A stretch of 32,000 nt of DNA from Pirellula staleyi DSM 6068. GTDB lineage: Bacteria; Planctomycetota; Planctomycetia; Pirellulales; Pirellulaceae. Location of the stretch: contig CP001848.1 of NCBI GenBank assembly GCA_000025185.1, positions 4,380,001 to 4,412,000 on the forward strand. Reading direction: 5' to 3'. The notes under the pieces are model-generated. The model worked only from the letters and a program-made list of their open reading frames with translations, made no database searches and was not told where the DNA came from. The position numbers were made by a program, and so were the translations under genes. How positions within the stretch are numbered: position 1 is the first letter of the stretch; every line of letters begins with the position of its first letter. Below, one piece after another: positions 19,168-27,377 of the stretch.

Positions 19168-19782
19168 ATGACCATCGACGACACTTCTTTGCATGCCGCT
19201 GTTCGCCAAGGGAGCACCGAGGCGCTAGCGCAGCTGATCGAGATGCGTCGGCCCCATTTGATGGCGTTTATCGAGCGGGAACTTGGCGCCGCACTTCGTC
19301 GGAAGGTGGAAGTGGACGACGTGTTTCAAGAGACTGCGGCCGAAGCGGTGCGCGCCTTGCCTGGCGCCGATCTTACGCAGCGCGAGCCCTTTTCGTGGCT
19401 CTGCCAAATCGCGGAGCGACGGATCATCGACCTGCATCGCAAATTTTTCGATGCTCAAAAACGAGATGCCGCGCGCGAAGTGCCACTCGCAGCACCCGCT
19501 GGAAGCGATTCCCACAGTGGCGGGCTGATCAACATGCTCGTCGCCAGCATGACCACCGCCAGCCAGGCCTTCTCGCGCAATGTACGAGAAGCCAAGCTGA
19601 TGGACGCCATCGCCACACTTCCCGAAGAACAGCGCGAGGCGCTCCGGCTGCGCTACATCGAAAACTTACCCTCGAAAGAGATCGCGCAAAAACTTGGCAA
19701 AAGCGACGCCGCCATTCGAGTGATGCTCACCCGCAGCCTCAAAAAATTGCAAGAGATCCTCGACAAGACCCTCGAAAAATAG
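19168..19782 (+). CDS. ECF-type RNA polymerase sigma-70 family factor
   Basis: Region 2-like DDVFQETAAEAVR and region 4 HTH (EEQREALRLRYIENLPSKEIAQKLGKSDAAIRVMLTRSLKKL). Start taken at ATG 19168; the ORF extends to 19111. No anti-sigma ORF is adjacent. Confidence 0.85.
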   Translation: MTIDDTSLHAAVRQGSTEALAQLIEMRRPHLMAFIERELGAALRRKVEVDDVFQETAAEAVRALPGADLTQREPFSWLCQIAERRIIDLHRKFFDAQKRDAAREVPLAAPAGSDSHSGGLINMLVASMTTASQAFSRNVREAKLMDAIATLPEEQREALRLRYIENLPSKEIAQKLGKSDAAIRVMLTRSLKKLQEILDKTLEK

Positions 19783-19851
19783 CCGCTTGCATTCGCTTGT
19801 TAGTGAAGCCGCCCCGTTTTACCTGACACAGATCGATAGATGGACTTGTAG

Positions 19852-19877
19852 GTCAGGTCCCCTCTCAGGGACCTGAC
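19852..19877 (+). terminator. GC-rich 10-bp hairpin between the convergent sigma gene and repeat copy A (possible bidirectional terminator)
   Basis: GTCAGGTCCC-CTCTCA-GGGACCTGAC forms a perfect stem. On the plus strand it is followed by GGGAGTTTATCC, only a weak U-tract. An upstream ACCTGAC (19821-19827) could pair alternatively with the 5' arm. Confidence 0.4.
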
Positions 19878-19955
19878 GGGAGTTTATCCGGCAATTCTCT
19901 AGCCGGTTTCACTTCTCCTGCCATCAAGTTAAGACCTACGTTTCTGCTTGTTGGG

Positions 19956-20218
19956 TGCCATGCTCTATCGCGGGGCCTTGAGGCCACATCGCGTTCTCGG
20001 TTGGCGATCTCTTCTCCCGTCAGATTCCCTCCGGGCATCTGACCTACACAGTTGAAGCCACTTCCGGATGGGCGACTCCGCTCAGCACAGTTTTGGGGTG
20101 CCACTGGCATCTTGCCAGTGCTGAAGTTGGAACCGATGTTTTTCGCGGAATGTCCCTGAAAACAGAGTCCATTTGCACTTCTCACTGGGCAGAGCCCAGA
20201 GGCACTCTGGATGGCAGC
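19956..20218. repeat. 263-bp structured direct repeat, copy A
   Basis: Hand alignment to 20693-20955 at an offset of 737 bp shows no indels and 5 substitutions (20031, 20047, 20052, 20206, 20209). Contains perfect hairpins at 20019-20043, 20102-20120 and 20185-20199. The ends TGCCAT/ATGGCA are complementary. Confidence 0.9.
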
Positions 20219-20355
20219 CTGCTAATTGTTGCCTGACCTTGATCTCTAGACGAAGTAATAGTTGCTGTGCGGCCCGAAAAACGGTCAGGTACGGCGCACT
20301 AACCTACTCACTCGTTGCCTTGATCTAGGATTGGTTTATGTCGCTACTATCTGAT

Positions 20356-20625
20356 CTACGGATGGCAGTCAGTGTCATTGTTGTCTGACTGGTCAGTTAA
20401 GTGCTTGAGGGTGAGTGTAGCGTCTACTTGGTCAGACTTCACTTTCTCAATTGCTCGCAGCCAATCATTCCAGATCGCATCATCAACCGGGCTTCCATCC
20501 GGAAAGAATGTCATACTGCCCAACAATGAACCTAGCTGACTGTAACCATATTTGGAGTACAGTTCATCTAGAAATGCAAACATGGCGAGATACCCTTGCT
20601 TCTCACTCAATTTATCGTTGCTCAT
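20356..20625 (-). CDS. Small cytoplasmic hypothetical protein (89 aa) on a low-GC insert
   Basis: ATG at 20625 is preceded by GAGGAGGAAAGAG (strong SD). Protein is MSNDKLSEKQGYLAMFAFLDELYSKYGY...DAIWNDWLRAIEKV... with an acidic tail and no TM or signal peptide. Hand-counted G+C is 120/265 (~45%). The 188-aa track ORF reads through repeat B and is not believed. Confidence 0.6.
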   Translation of the reverse strand: MSNDKLSEKQGYLAMFAFLDELYSKYGYSQLGSLLGSMTFFPDGSPVDDAIWNDWLRAIEKVKSDQVDATLTLKHLTDQSDNNDTDCHP

Positions 20626-20692
20626 TGCATTACTCTTTCCTCCTCGGGGCGATAGTCCTGATTCTGGATTGAATGCCTGAGGCATAGCCAGA

Positions 20693-20955
20693 TGCCATGC
20701 TCTATCGCGGGGCCTTGAGGCCACATCGCGTTCTCGGTTGGCGATCTCTTCTCCCGTCAGATTCCCTACGGGCATCTGACCTAAACAGCTGAAGCCACTT
20801 CCGGATGGGCGACTCCGCTCAGCACAGTTTTGGGGTGCCACTGGCATCTTGCCAGTGCTGAAGTTGGAACCGATGTTTTTCGCGGAATGTCCCTGAAAAC
20901 AGAGTCCATTTGCACTTCTCACTGGGCAGAGCCCAGAGGCACACTAGATGGCAGC
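20693..20955. repeat. 263-bp structured direct repeat, copy B
   Basis: Partner of 19956-20218, with 258/263 positions identical. Weaker homology resumes at 20964-20979 (GATCnnTAGACGAAGT, also at 20241-20256). The unit therefore abuts the stop codon of the upstream (minus-strand) molybdoenzyme gene at 20984. Confidence 0.9.
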
Positions 20956-20983
20956 ATAATAAAGATCGTTAGACGAAGTCGTG

Positions 20984-22252
20984 CTACGTCACGTCAACCG
21001 AGACCTCGTCGACGCCGTTCCAAACATAGCCGGCCGGATTCCAGTGAATCGAGCCGTCGAGCGGCTGTGAATGGCCGAGCACATCCACGGCTCGCGACTG
21101 AATCGTCTGTTTTCCTGGCTTCAAATCGACAGCCACTTTCCAGGTGTGCCAGGCATAGGGGCTCTTGGCGTGCTCGAGCTGGGCCCGCTGCCAGGTTGCT
21201 CCCTGATCGAGCGAAACTTCGACCGCTGCGATCTTGGCCTGACCACCATTGAAGGCAATTCCCGAGATCGTCGTTGGGCCAGCCTTCAGCTGTTCACCTT
21301 CCAGCGGCGCGAAGACGAGGCTCTTGATTTTCATGTCCCAGTTCGGTTCGCTGTTCTCGATAGTCGACTCGAACTTACTGCCCGGTGTGAGCGGCACATA
21401 AGGGGTGCGATAACGGCCGACGTGATGATAGTTGTCACTCTCGCGGGCTTCGAATCGCAGGGCCGAAAGCCATTTCACGTTCATCGTGGCGTAATAGCCC
21501 GGAGTAATCAGCCGCGCAGGTCCTCCATGGGCAATCGCAAGCGATTCGCCGTTCATTTCCAGGGCAATGATCGTCCGCTCGAGCACCACTTCCAGCGGCA
21601 AGCTATGTTCGAAATCAGGCTTCCCTTCGGCGACCGGCCCTTCTTTCCCTTCCGCTGCAACGAATCGAACTTCGCTCGACAGCTTTACTCCCAGATGCGC
21701 CAGTACATCGGCTAGCTTCGGTCCCCGAAATGTCAGATTCGCAATCGCGCCGTTGGTCCACTGAATGCCGTCGGCCTTCACCGTTTTCGAAAAGCGCGAG
21801 CGGCTGTTCCCCGAGCATTGCAGCACAAGCGTAACCTCGTGCTGAGGCAGCTTGGCGAGTTCTCCCACGGTGATCGTGCGATGCTGATCGACGAGCCCCG
21901 ACAGCATCACGGGCCAGCGCTCGGCCATGGGGGCGGGCTCCAGCGACAAACTGTTCTCGAGCAGCTGATTATTGCGCACAAACAAAATCGATTTCGGAGT
22001 GATCGCATGCTCGCGCAGGAGCGCGATCGGCGTTTCGATTTCGCCTGTCTTGATGCTATGCACAATCAGCCGCGGATCTTTTCCCGGTATCCACTGGTCG
22101 GCTGTCGGAAGTTTCGCATCGTCGGCCAAGAGCCAAGGAGATGTTCGCGCGAGTGACAACAGTGCCAGCAACGACGACGACGTTTGGAGAAAGCTGCGGC
22201 GGCCCAGGGGTGCACTATTCAGAGATGCAGAGTTCAGTGGCGAGCGATTCAT
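20984..22252 (-). CDS. Sulfite-oxidase-family molybdopterin oxidoreductase with TAT signal
   Basis: Twin-arginine leader (LGRRSFLQTSSSLLALLSLA). Mo-ligand cysteine context LVLQCSGNSRS (compare CAGNRR). C-terminal Ig-like dimerisation-type domain. Start taken at ATG 22252; the ORF extends to 22300. Confidence 0.85.
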   Translation of the reverse strand: MNRSPLNSASLNSAPLGRRSFLQTSSSLLALLSLARTSPWLLADDAKLPTADQWIPGKDPRLIVHSIKTGEIETPIALLREHAITPKSILFVRNNQLLENSLSLEPAPMAERWPVMLSGLVDQHRTITVGELAKLPQHEVTLVLQCSGNSRSRFSKTVKADGIQWTNGAIANLTFRGPKLADVLAHLGVKLSSEVRFVAAEGKEGPVAEGKPDFEHSLPLEVVLERTIIALEMNGESLAIAHGGPARLITPGYYATMNVKWLSALRFEARESDNYHHVGRYRTPYVPLTPGSKFESTIENSEPNWDMKIKSLVFAPLEGEQLKAGPTTISGIAFNGGQAKIAAVEVSLDQGATWQRAQLEHAKSPYAWHTWKVAVDLKPGKQTIQSRAVDVLGHSQPLDGSIHWNPAGYVWNGVDEVSVDVT

Positions 22253-22429
22253 CGGCGTGTTCTCCAGCGACGATGCGAGGAACGATCGGAGCACCACCAA
22301 TGTGGCGAGCTCGAAAGGGGAGGGGAACTCGCAATATCGCTAGAGGAAGTAGCGCATGCAACCGGTCGCAGGCAGGTCGCCGAAATAGCGTGCCCGATCG
22401 CACAGTTTCAGCTGCGCTACTAGTGGCGC

Positions 22430-23041
22430 TTAAGTGCGTTCCGCTTCACGCTCGAGTTCCGCCCGCCGAGCACGATAGCTCGCTTCAGCCTCTTGGTAGG
22501 CCGAGGCTTTACTCATGTTGTAAATCGCCATTCCAATGCCACCTATGGTGAAGATGACACCGAAGAGTGGGAAGAGCGCCACGATAGGAAACGGGCCATG
22601 CAGGCCACCTCCCATCGTGATCATTGAACCGGCCATGATCGTCCAAAATATTCCGAACGCGGTGGTCACGAAGCCTGTCACTAAGCTTCCCCCTGCGGTC
22701 GGAATATAGCGCGATCCATGCCGACCTGTGACCATATAGCTTTCGCGATCGATCATCCACTTTTGATCGAGATTGACAATCTCCTGACGAGCTTCCAGCC
22801 GCGAGAGTCGCGAGCTTTCGCGACCAGTTTCACCTAAGACAGCATAGCTGGGGCGGCTCGCTTCACCCACAAATTCCACGGCCGACGAGCCTTTGATCTC
22901 CCCCGCATCGTCGGCGATGTAATGCACCTCGGAAGCGTCACTTGCCAGCAGCTTTTGCTTAGCAGCGACGAACTCTTCGGCCGATAACGCACCAGCAGCA
23001 TGCAGCGCGCTCAGTTTTTCAAGTTCGCCAACGAGGTTCAT
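22430..23041 (-). CDS. SHOCT-domain membrane protein, paralog 1
   Basis: 203 aa. N-terminal LEKLSALHAAGALSAEEFVAAKQKLL fits the SHOCT pattern. Two adjacent hydrophobic helices and a charged C-terminal helix (YRARRAELEREAERT). Confidence 0.7.
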   Translation of the reverse strand: MNLVGELEKLSALHAAGALSAEEFVAAKQKLLASDASEVHYIADDAGEIKGSSAVEFVGEASRPSYAVLGETGRESSRLSRLEARQEIVNLDQKWMIDRESYMVTGRHGSRYIPTAGGSLVTGFVTTAFGIFWTIMAGSMITMGGGLHGPFPIVALFPLFGVIFTIGGIGMAIYNMSKASAYQEAEASYRARRAELEREAERT

Positions 23042-23153
23042 GGCAGAGACTCACTCACGACCATCGGTCGATGGCTTCAGGTCTAGTTCGCTGAGATTTT
23101 AGTTGAAACAATGCCTGAGTTATCCAGGCTTTGCATGGAAGCCTAGGGACTGG

Positions 23154-23705
23154 TTATTTGATCCGTTGCTGGGCAAGCCACTCCTCAGGTGCGGAAGCAT
23201 TACTGAGTTCGCGGCGTCTGTCACGGTAACGTTTTTCGGCACGCTTAAAATTTCGGGCCGTGACATACCAGTAGTAAGAGCAGCCGAGCCCAGCAGCGAC
23301 CGTTACCAGTCCAAAAACAAACAGTAAAGGACCGCCGGGATCACGAAGGGGTGGAAGAAACCACAAGGAAAGCATGGTCAGCCCTCCAATACCACACACG
23401 CCAATCCCCAGTATCAGGCTATCTATCACAGTCGGAACACTGCGAACGCCATGCTTACCGACGATTTGATAGCGCCGGCTTTCGACATCCCAGCATCGGT
23501 CAAGCTGAATAGTCGCTTGCCGCGACTCAATGGCCTCGACGCGCTCCTGAAGTGTTTCTAGAAGCCCCACGTCGTCCGAAATGAAATGGATGCCAGACGT
23601 GTCACTTGCCAGCAGCTTTTGCTTGGCAGCAGCGAACTCTTCGGCCGATAGCGCACCAGCAGCATGCAGCGCGCTCAGTTTTTCAAGTTCGCCGACAAGA
23701 TTCAT
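23154..23705 (-). CDS. SHOCT-domain membrane protein, paralog 2
   Basis: Start taken at ATG 23705 (MNLVGELEKLSALHAAGALSAEEFAAAKQKLL), matching paralog 1; the ORF extends to 23798. Same architecture: SHOCT, a conserved LD..W....R.Y...G.HG....PT segment, two TM helices and a basic tail. Confidence 0.7.
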   Translation of the reverse strand: MNLVGELEKLSALHAAGALSAEEFAAAKQKLLASDTSGIHFISDDVGLLETLQERVEAIESRQATIQLDRCWDVESRRYQIVGKHGVRSVPTVIDSLILGIGVCGIGGLTMLSLWFLPPLRDPGGPLLFVFGLVTVAAGLGCSYYWYVTARNFKRAEKRYRDRRRELSNASAPEEWLAQQRIK

Positions 23706-23870
23706 CCCACTCCTCCCGCAACCAAGATCGCACACGAAAGCGTCTGCAATTCTCGCGCGTGATGGCTCGCGAGTTTCTATTCGCTCGTCGGCATGCAATC
23801 TTGAGGCGAGCGGGGGAGTCGAGTCAACTCAAAACTGCTGACTCGGTCGACGCTTGGGGGAGAGGAGCGT

Positions 23871-24365
23871 TTAGAACAGCACCGGCTTACCCAGTTTGCG
23901 GCGAATGACCGTGAACTGACCACTGTGCATGGTGGTGTGATTGGCGACCGTGAGGAACAGATGGGCGATCTTGGGGCAGAACGACTTCATGCTCCCTTTG
24001 GTGTCGCCATCGAGGTCGTCGTCGGTGAGGCTCATCAGCGTTTCAATCGTCGCTGCACGCGACTTGCTGAGGAGGGTCAAATAGTCGCTCTTCGACAAGA
24101 ACTTGGCCGGGTCGTCCGATGTTGCGCCAGGAGTTCCGTGGTTCTCGTCGAAACCGGCGGGGAGTTCGGGCATCTTCGAATCGGGAAACTCGCTCTTGAT
24201 CAGCATCACGTCGCCGAAAATCACATTGCCGATCTGCCAGGCAGCGTGATTGGCTTCGGGAATGGGTCGCACCAACAGGTCGGCGTCCGAGAAATCAGCC
24301 ACCATCCAATCGAGATGGTCTTTGGTGGCCTGAAGACTGAGCTTGATCGCTTCGCGTCCGTTCAT
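23871..24365 (-). CDS. DinB-family (DinB_2-like) four-helix-bundle protein
   Basis: 164 aa. N-terminal LQATKDHLDWMVADFSDADLLVRP..ANHAAWQIGN and C-terminal HTTMHSGQ are typical DinB-family histidine-containing motifs. Confidence 0.75.
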   Translation of the reverse strand: MNGREAIKLSLQATKDHLDWMVADFSDADLLVRPIPEANHAAWQIGNVIFGDVMLIKSEFPDSKMPELPAGFDENHGTPGATSDDPAKFLSKSDYLTLLSKSRAATIETLMSLTDDDLDGDTKGSMKSFCPKIAHLFLTVANHTTMHSGQFTVIRRKLGKPVLF

Positions 24366-24503
24366 GAATCTGCCGCTCCGAGTGCGTGAGTGGAAAGAGA
24401 GAAGTTGGCATAGTGTACAAAATATGCCACGCGCTGCAACCGTAGAGCAGCAAGCTTCACGAAAAACTCACCTGCGGCAGATAGCTCGATCGACCAGGGA
24501 TCG

Positions 24504-24914
24504 CTAGGCGAGCAGCCGAGCGACAGCGTCGAGCAATTTGTCCATGGCAAACGGCTTGCGGAGATAGTCATCGACTCCGAGCATTTCGGCATAGGCCTTG
24601 TGACGGCTCCCCTCGTTCGCGGTGATCATGATCACACGAACCGGATTGGGGCGGGTGCGGCGAAGCTTTTCGAGGACCAAAAAACCGCTTCGCTTGGGCA
24701 TCATCATGTCGAGAATCACCAGATCGGGATCGTCGCGCTCGGCGATGGCAAGCCCTTGGTTGCCGTCGCGAGCCACCATGACGGTGTAGCCCCGCGATTC
24801 GAGAGCAAACCGCATCGCTTCGATGATCTCGGCATCGTCGTCGACGAGCAGAATCCTTTTCGCACCGGCCTTAACGGGTGCGTCGCTCTCGTCGTGTGGA
24901 GTCTCCTTAGCCAT
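24504..24914 (-). CDS. Single-domain response regulator (CheY-like receiver)
   Basis: KRILLVDDDAEII acidic pocket, phospho-acceptor context DLVILDMMMP, ITANEG and a K in RKPF. No output domain. Start taken at ATG 24914; the ORF extends to 24962. Confidence 0.85.
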   Translation of the reverse strand: MAKETPHDESDAPVKAGAKRILLVDDDAEIIEAMRFALESRGYTVMVARDGNQGLAIAERDDPDLVILDMMMPKRSGFLVLEKLRRTRPNPVRVIMITANEGSRHKAYAEMLGVDDYLRKPFAMDKLLDAVARLLA

Positions 24915-25090
24915 CAGCGATGCAATCCTATGAGTGGATAAATCGTACGAAGCGGCGGGCAATCGGGCAGGAAGTCACTCGGTAAAACTCCCCGCGGCAA
25001 CAGCAGTTACGCACACAGAGTCCCCGGTGACAGGCCCAGTAGCTTATCGCGCGGCGCGACCAGTGGCAATCGACCGCCCGAGGTCCCACC

Positions 25091-26647
25091 CTAGTTCGCT
25101 TCGCCCCCCAGGACATTGAGCTTCGTCGACACAATTTTCCCCATCCGCTCGTAGGTCAGCTCGATCGGGGAAGGTAGTTTCGAAATCAGATCCCGAAACT
25201 CGTTGGTGTCGGCAAACGGTTTGCCAGCCAGGGTATAGATCCGATCGCGAGGCTCGAGCCCCGCCTGATGGGCTGCGGAACCAGGGACCACGCTCGTCAG
25301 CAGTACGGTTTGCGGCTCCGCTGGATCTTCGCGCCAGGTGATTCCGATCCGGATCGGCGAACCGGCTGGCTCGACCGTAATCTTCACCGGTTCCGCTTCG
25401 CCCGCACGCTCGACTGTCAATTCGGTGGTGCCACTGGCGGCCAGCAGTTCGAGCCGAAATTTGCTGTCGTCGTCAATCGGCCTGCCCGAGAGGGTCAAAA
25501 GCTTATCCCCGCTCTTCAGCCCCGCCTTTTCGCACGGCGAACCGGGCGTAACGCTGGTCACCACCCAGGCAGGCTTATCACCCTCGGGACGATTCCACGA
25601 CATCCCAAAACGTGGTGGAGTGCTGGGAGCAGGCTGCTCAATCATCTGCTTCCCCACCACTATCTCGCGCACACTAGCGGGACGATAGCTCGGCGACTGA
25701 TCGGCATTGGCAACTTCTAAGATGGTCAGCAGCGACAACCTGGCCAGTTGCCGCACGCCATCGGCATTAATGCGATCAGCATCATCACTGGGGCGATGAT
25801 AATCGTCATGCAATCCTGTGTGATACATCACAAAAGGAATCCCCTTCGCAAAAAAGGGATGATGATCACTATCTTCTTTAATCTTATAAGTGAAATCGAG
25901 TGTGAGATTGCTGTCGGTATTGAGCTGACTAATCGACTTCCGCATCCCTGGCATCGTTCGCGAACCAATCACCTCGACTCCTGTTTTTCCCAGTCGACCA
26001 ATCATGTCGAGATTCAGGTAAAAAACGACGCGATCGAGCGGAATCGTCGGAGAACTGACCCAATGCTTCGAGCCAATCAGGCCATGCTCTTCTGCGTCCC
26101 ACAAGGCAAACATCACACTCCGCCGAGGAGGCGTTGGAAGCTCGGCAATTGCTTCCATAATCTCGAGCAGCCCGGTGGTGCCACTCGCATTGTCGTCGGC
26201 ACCATTATGGATATAACCCAAAGGACCAAAACTATTGCCAGTACGACCATAGCCCACGTGGTCATAATGCGCGCCAATGACCACCACTTCGTTTTTAAGT
26301 TTCTCGTCGCTACCTTCAATCAGTCCGACAATATTGCGCGACACACCATTGTATTGAAAGTTCTGGAAATAGGTCCCTTGATCTCCGATCGGCTTAAGCT
26401 TGAGATCTTCAAACTTTTTCACCAAGTAGGTTCCTGCGGCCCTGCCACCCCGCGAGCCCGCATCGCGACCTTCGAACGTGTCGTCGGCCAGGGCATCGAC
26501 CAGTTCGGTCACCTCATCCTTGGTAATGGAATTGGCGGCAGCGGCAATGGCTGCCTTCAGCTGATCGTTAGCACTGGCCTCGTACGCAGCGCCAGCACTT
26601 CCCACAACCACGGCGGCTGATCCCACCAATTGCAAAATTCGCGACAT
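25091..26647 (-). CDS. Secreted M28-family aminopeptidase with two C-terminal PDZ domains
   Basis: M28 metal-ligand contexts are IGAHYDHVG, GADDNASGT, EEHGLIGS and NLDMIG. Two PDZ-like segments are present (TPGSPCEKAGLKSGDKLLTLSG and VPGSAAHQAGLEPRDRIYTLAG). A signal-like N-terminus starts at ATG 26647; the ORF extends to 26773. Confidence 0.85.
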   Translation of the reverse strand: MSRILQLVGSAAVVVGSAGAAYEASANDQLKAAIAAAANSITKDEVTELVDALADDTFEGRDAGSRGGRAAGTYLVKKFEDLKLKPIGDQGTYFQNFQYNGVSRNIVGLIEGSDEKLKNEVVVIGAHYDHVGYGRTGNSFGPLGYIHNGADDNASGTTGLLEIMEAIAELPTPPRRSVMFALWDAEEHGLIGSKHWVSSPTIPLDRVVFYLNLDMIGRLGKTGVEVIGSRTMPGMRKSISQLNTDSNLTLDFTYKIKEDSDHHPFFAKGIPFVMYHTGLHDDYHRPSDDADRINADGVRQLARLSLLTILEVANADQSPSYRPASVREIVVGKQMIEQPAPSTPPRFGMSWNRPEGDKPAWVVTSVTPGSPCEKAGLKSGDKLLTLSGRPIDDDSKFRLELLAASGTTELTVERAGEAEPVKITVEPAGSPIRIGITWREDPAEPQTVLLTSVVPGSAAHQAGLEPRDRIYTLAGKPFADTNEFRDLISKLPSPIELTYERMGKIVSTKLNVLGGEAN

Positions 26648-27290
26648 CCAGGACTGCCTGGAGCAGCGGGGGGCAAGGGAGGCCAAGATCGTTCGCAGAC
26701 CGAATTCGGATCGCATGGGGCAAGTCCTGCTAGCGAGCTCACAATTGCCATGAACGGGTAGAGTGGCGGTCACGGATTGCCTTTCCGTAACAGCCGCTAT
26801 CTCGGGAACTTCAATAGTGTAGTGTCGTCGCGAACCCCGCAGGTAATCCAGTGTCTCCTAAAATGCCGGACGACTCGCCGCTAGCAGCCGAAAAAACTGG
26901 GGGGAAGTAGGGAACTTCGTCCCTCTCGCTTCAGCTGAGCGGTCCACGCAACCGATTTTGGAGAGACGTTCGACGGTAAACTTGTTCCGCGACCGGTTTT
27001 GGCAATGAAACCCGGGCTTGCAGACGGGCAAGATCCTGATAAACATAAGAACTTGCGAAATCACCTACTAGAAACTGCTTGCTTTCGACTCCTCGTCCAC
27101 GCAAATACTTTCTGGCAAACGAGTTGCAAAATTCCTCGGGCTTGGCTCAACGCGAGTCAAACCCAACGAATAGATCGCCTTAACTTGAGAAGTAGCTCAA
27201 TAGCCTAAGTCCCTCTACGACTTAGCTTTAGCACCACTTCTCGATTATGACGATGCTGGCAACTTACCGAACCGATTTCGCAAACCACCT

Positions 27291-27377
27291 GGAGAGGTGG
27301 CTGAGTGGTCGAAAGCGCCGGTTTGCTAAACCGGTGTAGGGTAACTCCTACCGCAGGTTCGAATCCTGTCCTCTCCG
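27291..27377 (+). tRNA. tRNA-Ser (anticodon GCU)
   Basis: Folds by hand as a cloverleaf. Acceptor GGAGAGG/CCTCTCC plus discriminator G; anticodon stem CCGGT/ACCGG with loop TTGCTAA (anticodon GCT); long variable arm GTAGG...CCTAC; T-arm GCAGG-TTCGAAT-CCTGT. CCA is not encoded. Confidence 0.9.

Noticed and set aside
20095-20125. A cobalamin-riboswitch B12-box-like string (GCCACTGG) on the plus strand of the repeat.
   Set aside because: This is only a short match inside a simple perfect hairpin. The other conserved cobalamin-riboswitch elements are not visible, and no plus-strand downstream gene exists.
19865-20922. The 106-aa and 188-aa minus-strand ORFs that read through the 263-bp repeats (MRSANGLCFQGHSAKNIG...).
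   Set aside because: The shared peptide looks non-protein-like. The sequence is better explained by hairpin-rich RNA or DNA structure. The downstream 89-aa ORF has its own SD and ATG, so the in-frame read-through is probably fortuitous.
19956-20955. A DGR-like template/variable repeat pair. Four of the five differences have A in copy B (plus strand) against C, C, T or G in copy A.
   Set aside because: No reverse transcriptase is present in the window, and neither copy lies at the 3' end of a credible target gene. Five sites are too few for significance (I estimate a chance probability of roughly 0.05-0.1). It is worth re-checking only if an RT lies nearby in the genome.
19956-20955. Integron attC sites or a CALIN cassette array.
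   Set aside because: The repeat is 263 bp or more, longer than typical attC sites. Its shared ends are TGCCAT/ATGGCA rather than RYYYAAC/GTTRRRY, and no intI is present in the window. I could not fully exclude a non-canonical cassette system, so the observation is kept as a finding.
862-26620. Long ORFs antisense to or overlapping the called genes: 862-2172(-), 3727-4950(-), 5040-6251(-), 11996-13165(-), 13605-14381(+), 15522-16388(+), 17571-18365(+), 21071-21715(+) and 25748-26620(+), plus many shorter ones.
   Set aside because: Each lies opposite a gene with clear family motifs. Their translations are Arg/His/Gly/Pro-rich and low-complexity, with no recognisable motifs. Such shadow ORFs are expected in high-GC DNA.
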